Shown: one piece after another, positions 55,606 through 64,000 of the stretch | How the letters are laid out: each line of letters begins with the position of its first letter | Numbering within the stretch: the first letter of the stretch is position 1 | Origin: the human T2T-CHM13v2.0 reference genome, Homo sapiens | Strand: one strand, 5' to 3' | Assembly: GCF_009914755.1 (NCBI RefSeq) | Contig: NC_060927.1 | DNA length: 64,000 nt | Notes under the pieces: model-generated | What the model saw: the letters and a program-made list of their open reading frames with translations, nothing else | What the model was told of the DNA's origin: nothing | Databases searched by the model: none | Position numbers and translations under genes: made by a program

Positions 55606-57419
55606 ACAAATTTCTTTAGAACTCTAACTGCATTGTATTTTTAAATATATAAAGATAATGATAGATGTACCTATGTAGATAGGTGATTAATAATAGACAG
55701 ATAGAAAGAGCCACACCCATAATGTTGATTTATAAAGAAAAGCAACTCTAGAACTTTACTACTACAGGTGAAAGTTTTACAAATTCCCCCCACCCTGCCC
55801 CTAAGCAAGATAAAAATTCTCAAAGTGAAAAATAAGCTCTATTCTTTAAGAAAATGAAGCTCTCTATATTGGTTTGTGCTAAGGTTAGAGTTAGAACCTC
55901 TAGAAAATTCCCCATGGAATTGCCCATCATGGAGACCTTAGCTATAAAAAGGCCCCTCCTTTGGGGCATAACCCCTATATGCATGTGACTTGAAAGTGAC
56001 TCTGAGAAGCTGCTGATTCCTGGGATGTCAAATATTTGGCATTCATGTTGTTACCTTCCCCTCCTGTACTCATTACAGACATCACTAATCCATCACAGTC
56101 TTCTTTTCCACTAGGTTCAGAATTCTTCTCAACACAACACTCTAGATGGCTTACCACCAATCAACTGGCATTAACACATGAATTCAAACCTACTGGCTAT
56201 CCTGGAGATAGAAGAAAAAGAGGTAGCTCAACCAATGGGATGCCTAAACACATAGCCAGATCCTCAATGATATTACCAGAGAAAACAACAGTCCTGTCTC
56301 TTTTCCCTTTCACACACATCTTTCAGGCTGGCCTCTTGAGAATTATTTCCCATTTTGGTTGACCTTAATATTCATATTAACCACTTCATGTCTGTACAGA
56401 AATGGCAAAGGAGAAGAAGTTCCCATCATGGTTACTGAAGTATACTAGTGAAGATTTTATGTAGCTGGGGCTACAGCATTGTGAGTATCCCTTCAATTTT
56501 AGCACCCATATGGCCTTAATGGGGCACATTATGGCCTCCTGTTCTTCCTCTTAGAAAGTCTTTACTGTATTTTCTTTTCCTTCAGCTTTACAACAATAAA
56601 AGAACAGATTTGAGAAAGGCAAACAGGTTCAAATGTCCATGCTAATACTAACCAGCTGAGTAACCTTAGACAAATTATTTAACTTGTTATGAGCTTCCAC
56701 TCTGCAATCAACAAAATGCAGGTAGTACCATCTAACTCATAGTATTGTAAGAAATAGTAAGATGAGGTTTATAAAACACCTAGTTTTGTGCCTAGTACCA
56801 AATAGTCAATAAATAGATTTTGAAGGTAAGTGTCTCAATGAGATAAGTACATTAATAGCAGTATACATGGGTATCTTTTATTTTCACCTGCCTATCATTC
56901 ATCCCTTCCCCCTCTCCCAAATACACACTTTCTGATTATACTGTCACTATTTTCCTTAGAGAAATTGTTCCCAACCCCCTACTCACAGTTCACTGGGTTT
57001 AGATAAGGTTGACTCCCTTCACTCCACCATCCTGGATGGTGCAAGGGGTGAGAACATGACCCACGCCTGGCCAACCACCATATTGTATCCTCCAGACATG
57101 GTAGCTAGTTTAGTGATGGGCATGTGACCCACATTGGTCCAACAAGACTCCATACTAGGACTCTAGTTGGAACAGCTGGGAAAGATAAGCTCTTCTTCAG
57201 CTGGAATTCCTTACTTTCAAGATAGAGCTGTGAGTACTTCAATGTGGAAAGGGCCTCCCTGAGGGTGGAGACAATACAAAGGGAACCACAGCTAAACTTC
57301 AAAGAGTGTGAAACCAAACCAGGTGACATCACTTCATACTCCAGATCCAGGAATCATAGAAGTTACCATCATCTATCATCTATACATCTGTTCCCTGGCC
57401 ATTTTAGTTACATATGCCA

Positions 57420-57890
57420 GGTGACTGATTGCATTAAAGGTCTCAATCCTTTACTCCTTTTTTTATATATGTCTTGGCAGTGTTTTCCCAATGTGATGCT
57501 AGGTTCAGTCATGTGACTTTATTTGTCCAGTAAGGTGATAACAAATGTGAAGTAAGCAGATGCCTTAAGCAACACATGTGTTTACTCTCTTGCTCATTTT
57601 CCTCTACCATAGTAATTAGAATATTCCCAATCTAGCCTGATGCAAGATGAGAAATATAAAATAGAACCAAGTTGTCCTAGCCAACAGCCAAGCCGCCCCA
57701 AGATGTGTGAGCAAGCCCAGCCAAAGTCAGCAGAACTGCCTAGCCAACCAGCCACTGCCCAGCGGGGCATGAGCGAGCCCAGCTGAGATCAGCTAAACAC
57801 CACACTTATGCACTTGATAAATGCTTCTTAGTATGTCACTGATGTTTTGTGGTGGACTGTTTTGCCACATTACAGGATCAATGGGTAACT
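57420..57890 (+). mobile_element. MLT1 (F/G-like) LTR
   Basis: gagcaagcccagccaaagtcagcagaactgcctagcc...cactgatgttttgtggtggactgttt. Confidence 0.6.
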
Positions 57891-58478
57891 GATGCATTTG
57901 TCTATAAATTTCCTTTTTGCTACATTCAATTCTAGATGAGATTTCTGTCACAGATAGTGACACATACAGTATGAAAAAATGTTTTCTATAAAGGTTTCCC
58001 CTTTCCCTCAAGAGGTCTTAAAAAATTATACACCTGTTTCTAACTAAAGAACTTCATTTCAAATGTTTATGTTGCTCAGGGCTTAATTTTGTTTTTCTTG
58101 GAAATACACAAAAACCATTTTGTATCTAAGATTTTTACATGAATAATCTGTAGTGTAAAAAAGAGGGGATCAATAGTTCTAACATAAGAATTCGGTGACA
58201 TAAATGATAAGAGAGACAGATAATGGAATAGTGGAACAGGCAGTTACATGAATATTTAATAAGACAGAAAGATGTTCATGACATACTGGTGGCAGGGGGA
58301 GCAGACGACAAAACAATTTTGTGATTTACTCACACTGTTGTAAAACACACAAATACACATACACCCTTTCACCAGCAAAGAAGGCTGGAATGACACACAT
58401 CAAAGTGTTACCAGTGGTGGAATTCCAAGAGGTTTTCATTTTCTTCTTTTTATTTGCATACTCTAAATTTTCTACAAT

Positions 58479-58968
58479 TGAAACTGACTCAATTGTCCCA
58501 TAGAGCTGATGTCAGTGGTTTCTTTGAAAAAACATAGAAATTGACCTCCCAGTTTTAAAACTTGAGAAAGTTGCATTTGTCTTATCTGAGTTCCTTTCTA
58601 AGGAAACCAACCATCAGGCCTCCCAGATAGTGTCAAGGAGCTCAAACTCGCCAGATTACTGCATTTGGGCAATGAGATGTCAGACCCTTCATCTGTCATA
58701 ATTGCCTTGCCCTATCTGCTTCCTTTTAACCAACTCCTCTTCCTTATCCCTCCCTAATTCCTGTTTTTCCACTCATGATTACATTTCTTCCCTGCTATAT
58801 AAACCCTTACGTTAGTTGGTCAAGGAGATGGATTTGAAACTGATCTCCCATCTCCTCAGCTGCAGCACCTGATTAAAACCTTCTTCTCTGGCAATACTTG
58901 TCTCAGTGATTGGCCTTCTGTGCAGCAAGCAGCAGGACCTGGACTGAACCTCTGGTGTTTTGGTAACA
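58479..58968 (+). mobile_element. Full-length solo LTR (LTR47-like)
   Basis: TGAAACTGAC...GGTAACA ends; TATA-like ctatataaa at ~58795; attaaa at ~58872. Confidence 0.7.
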
Positions 58969-59591
58969 TAATAATGATATATACTTTTTTCATTAAAAAA
59001 ATGATTTTCTTTCTATGGTTCCAACAGTTAAATGAATGTATCTTTTCTGTGCTTACAATCTAGATGTCTGGGTTCTAACTGGGCCACCACTTATAGAGAT
59101 GTCTTCCTAGAAAAAGTGATGAAATCTAACTTGTCTTCCTCTGTCGGCTCCCTTTGTATCTAGAGATACACATTTCTGAGGTCTGTGGCTAGGCTTGAGG
59201 TCCCGGAATGTCATAAAATTTACACGCACACAGATTTAATCCTCAGTGAATTTACCTGCCTACCTGGCCAAGGCTTTGGAGAATCCCAATAACCAACAAA
59301 CAAAGTTAGTTTGTTCCCTTTGGAAACACACACACATATAACATACAACATGAAAAGATGTATTATCATGTTTGAAATATTGTTTCCTTATTTAAAAAGT
59401 AATATATGTTGCCACTGGCCCATAGATTTCTTGGGTTCTCCTTTTCTAGGTTTAATAACAGATGTATGCTAGTATCATAGATAGATTGAGAAGCTTTCCA
59501 TTTTTCATATGTTCTGGAACAGTTAGCATAATACCAGTCTTCCCTATTCCTGAAATATTTTGTAGAACACACACATAAAACTGAATGGGCT

Positions 59592-59893
59592 TGGCAGGGA
59601 ATGTTGACTCCTGCTGTAATGCTAGCTACTGAGGAGGCTGAGGCAGGAGGATTGCTTGAGGACAGAAGTTCAAGACCAGTCTGGGCAATATAGCAAGACT
59701 CTGTCTCTAAAAAAAATTTTTAAATTAGCCCAGTGTGGTGTCATGTGCCTGCAGTCCCAGCTACTTGGGGAGAGTGAAGCAGGAGGATCACTTGAGCCCA
59801 GGAGTTCGAGGCTACAGTGAGCTATAACTGCACCACTGCACTCCAGCCTGGGCGACAGAGGGAGAGACCCAGTCTCTTTAAAAAAGCAAAAAA
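59592..59893 (+). mobile_element. AluJ
   Basis: Dimer; flanking gaatgggc repeats (TSD). Confidence 0.85.
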
Positions 59894-60690
59894 CACAGAA
59901 TGGGCCTAGTTGTTTATTATCTTTTCACTTTTTCACTATGTTTACTTGTCTATTTGGGTTTGCTACCTATTTTGTGTCAATTATCATTAAAACGTCCCTT
60001 CACAAACAGTCTATTCCGTGTAGATTTTCCAGTCTTATTGGCATTGCTTTGTATAACTTTTCTTTAAAATTTTTTAAATGATATAGCTTTTGGTTTTATT
60101 AATATATTTTACTGCATCTTATTTTCCATTTCATTGATATCTCTTTATCTTTAATAAAATTTCTACTTCCTTTATGGTTTTTTTTTGCCCTTTTGCATTG
60201 AATGTTCATTTCTCTTTAATCACATTTCCTAATGAATGCATATAAGATTATACACATGGCTGCATATTCCAGAATTCTATGTATAAAACTCTTATTGGCA
60301 TTTGTAAATACCTTGCTGTTTTTATTTTGAAATTTTTCTATCCCAGGAATTATTGAGAATAATATATTTAAATGTCAAAGTGGATAGAAATTTTATGGTA
60401 AACTTTCTAGTTCAAATTGTATAGCATTGGGATCATAAAATGTAACATATATATTTTCCAATCTTTGAAATTTGTCAAGACTTTCTAATTGGCTTATTAG
60501 TTTTTCTTAATTATTAAACCAACTAATAGATTATTATAGAAAATTTAGAAAATACAAATATGCATAAAGCAGAAAATGAAAACACTCTCAATCCTGTCAC
60601 TCATAGATAACCTCTATTAACAAGCTAGCATAATACCAGTCTTCCCTATTCCTGAAATGTTTCGTAGAACACACACATAAAACTGAATGG

Positions 60691-61036
<346 letters not shown>

Positions 61037-61299
61037 CTACTCAGGAGGCTGAGGCAGGAGGATTGCTTGAGGACAGCAGTTCAAAACTAGCCAGTATGTA
61101 TTATGTTACTTCCAATTCCTTTTAAGTGTGTATGTGTGTGTGTGCAGTTTTAGACAAAGCCAGACAATATAAAGACTATGTAAATCAAACTATATAAAGA
61201 CTATATATAAGTCTTGTATTTTCCTTTTTCTCCATGTTTTATCTTAACATCATCTCCATTTCCCACTTAACATAGATGCCACAAAGTATTTTTATAACA

Positions 61300-61890
61300 C
61301 AAGATTTTTGACAGATACTATGAGCCTCCAAAGATGGCCATCAAAAGTCCTCTCCTTCCTATACAGAATTGTCTGTAGTTCCATTAGTTCCATCAAGAAA
61401 TTGATTCTATTTCCTTTGTCCTTGAATCTGGACTGGCCTTGTGACCTGCTTAGACCAACAAATGCAGTAGAGGAGACACTGTTCCAGCTCTGAGTCTAAC
61501 CCTAAAGAGGCTTGACAGTTTCTGGTTTTGCTCTCTTAAAACTCAGCTGCCATGATGCAAAGAAGTCCAAGCTATCTTGCTAAAATTAGGAGCCACACAG
61601 AACGGCCCTGGAAGATGAAATACCACATACAGAGAGAGGCCACGTGAAGGAGAACCAAAGCACCCAGCCAAGAGTCAGCACCAAAACACCAATCCAGTGA
61701 GACAAGCCATGTTGGAGCTTCCAGCCCAGCCCAGCCACCGTCTTTAATCAGCTGCATGAATAACAGCCATCACTATATGTAACAAGACCACCAATCAACC
61801 CACTGAATCAGGTGGGAAGTAATAAATTATTATTTAAAGCCCCACTCCAAGTTTTACAGATTTTTGTTACACAGCAAAAGAACTGAAACA
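61300..61890 (+). mobile_element. MLT1 (F/G/H-like) LTR
   Basis: ccttgaatctggactggccttgtgacctgcttagaccaaca...tttgttacacagcaaaagaactgaaaca. Confidence 0.65.
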
Positions 61891-62036
61891 CTTAGGTAAT
61901 TATTTTTAAAATGGAAATATCATAATTAATATTGTGATTGATAAAGCTTTATAATATTTTGATTGATAAAGCTTTTCAATGTTCCGTTTGAGCAATATTC
62001 AGATTGATAAAGCTCTTACTTCCCTAGGATAAATTC

Positions 62037-62274
62037 TTTTTGTTGTTGTTGAGACAGACTGTTGCTCTGTCTCCCAGACTGGAGTGCAGTGGCATAATCT
62101 CGGCTCACTGCAACCTCCGCCTCCCGGGTTCAAGTGGCTAATTTTGGTATATTTAGTGGAGACAGAATTTCACCATGTTGGCTAGGCTGGTCTCAAACTC
62201 CTAACCTCAAGTGATCCACACGCCTCGGCCTCCCAAAGTTCTGGGATTACCGGCGTGAGCCACCGTCCCCAGCC
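62037..62274 (-). mobile_element. AluS with a ~60-bp internal deletion
   Basis: gggttcaagtg^gctaattttg; TSD ccctaggataaatt/ccctgggataaatt. Confidence 0.88.
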
Positions 62275-62319
62275 TTCCCTGGGATAAATTTTAAAAGAAT
62301 TATAAAATAAAAATGAAAC

Positions 62320-62440
62320 AGCTGGATACAGTGGCGTGTGCCTGTAGTCCCACTGCTTGCGAGGCTAAGGCAGAAGGAAAGCTTCAGCCCAGGAGTTCAA
62401 GTCCAGCCTGGGCAACAAAGTGAGAACTCATCTCTATAAA
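62320..62440 (+). mobile_element. Alu monomer (FLAM-like)
   Basis: gcctgtagtcccac...gcccaggagttcaagtccagcctgggcaac. Confidence 0.75.
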
Positions 62441-62648
62441 ATTAATTAATTAGTTAATTTTTAAAAAATCAAAATGAAACAATTTATACTCACATCCTTA
62501 CTCTTGACTCTCTTTCCTTCACAGCTTCTACTCTACTCTCAACATATCCCAAAAGCCACCATCTCCTCTTGAGGCTACAAAAAAAATCCCGAATTACGAA
62601 ACTCAGGATTTCAGCACTATACATTCAGTAAATACACCTAAAGAAGTA

Positions 62649-62948
<300 letters not shown>

Positions 62949-64000
62949 AAGAAGTATTTATTAAGTACCAACATTGTGCTACTCCAGCTCGGCTTTAGAC
63001 CAGTACTTCCTGAACAGTCTGACAAATGTTCAGATAAACAAGGCTACTGGGGTTTTCGTTTTAACCCAAGATGTCTCAGAGACTTTTAGGACACTCATAT
63101 GTATTGGGACTGTCCCAAAATTAAGTATACAATATAGCTTTTCCAAAATTGATTTGACAACCGAATCCTCTTCCCTTCAGAATACCTGAAAACATTTCAC
63201 TGAACACTTGAATTTACTCATGCAATAAATACTTTTTAAGCATCAGCTTAACTCCCACTGTTGAATGAGGGGGATAAGGCAGTGATTGAGACAGACGCAG
63301 GTTCTGACTATGGGAAGTTTGCTCCCTGGAATGGACTTTCTCCATAAGAGCTTTCTTCACCTCAGATATAACAGGATTTGAGAGGAAGGTGATTACAGGA
63401 CTAGGCACTGCTTTAAGGGCAGGTACATGAAATCAACCCCAATCAGAATTGACCTCTAACAGGAAAAGATAGAAGATCAAAATAATGACTAGTTGAAGTT
63501 TCAGCCCTACTAGGCCAGGAAATAAATATAATTCTGTATTTATTTTTCACACCTCGACAAAGAAGCCAGATTGTTAAAAGGAATACAAGTCAGCCATTGA
63601 CAGGCTGCAGTAAGAGGCTGTGGAAACACGTTGTTGCTTACAACACCAAGATCACAATGGGCAAGAGATTATGTTCAATTCCACTGAACTTATCAAATCA
63701 AACAGGAAATTCACAGACCATCAAAATGGTAAAAGGGTAATGTCTTCACCACTGTACATCTGCTTCTTAACAATAAATTTTAGTTAGCGACGTAGGCTCA
63801 CCACTATTTGGGAATTAGTTTCTCCCACAAAATTTATAAAGAGCAGGGGTGGTTTCCTGGGACCATTTCACCCCCGGCTGCAGCACATAGAGTGACACCA
63901 ATGTCATGGAAGAAGGAAAGAATCAGTTGACAACATAAAGCAAAGGCAGGTCCCCATGGCTGTCATGTTCCCCTAAGCCTCATAATTCCTACTTGTTCTG

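Noticed and set aside
61935-62014. Repeat-spacer pattern as a CRISPR array
   Set aside because: Eukaryotic intron; 13-bp repeats, irregular short spacers, no cas genes.

Overview
Human (primate) genomic DNA, Alu/L1/L2/MIR/LTR-rich, lying inside the minus-strand gene ERC2 (CAST/ELKS2, presynaptic active-zone scaffold). One real exon is present: the first coding exon (55576..54780, 140 nt of 5'UTR plus 219 codons, canonical AG/GT boundaries, phase-0 donor). About 8.4 kb of upstream intron lies to its right and about 54.8 kb of downstream intron to its left. All other listed ORFs are best explained as repeat-derived or chance. I see no evidence for a new multi-gene system. The most notable signals are small-scale: (i) three non-tandem local duplications at 1-2 kb offsets, one a 113-bp microhomology-flanked insertion inside an Alu and one later hit by an AluY at a copied target site; (ii) a TSD-flanked, polyadenylated nested insert containing a 3'UTR-like fragment, next to a CpG-rich patch in old repeats; (iii) a 2-codon uORF in the ERC2 5'UTR, plus candidate intronic polyadenylation, poison-exon and inverted-Alu features. 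Repeat subfamily names were recognised by eye and need RepeatMasker/Dfam confirmation; repeat boundaries are approximate unless a TSD is quoted.
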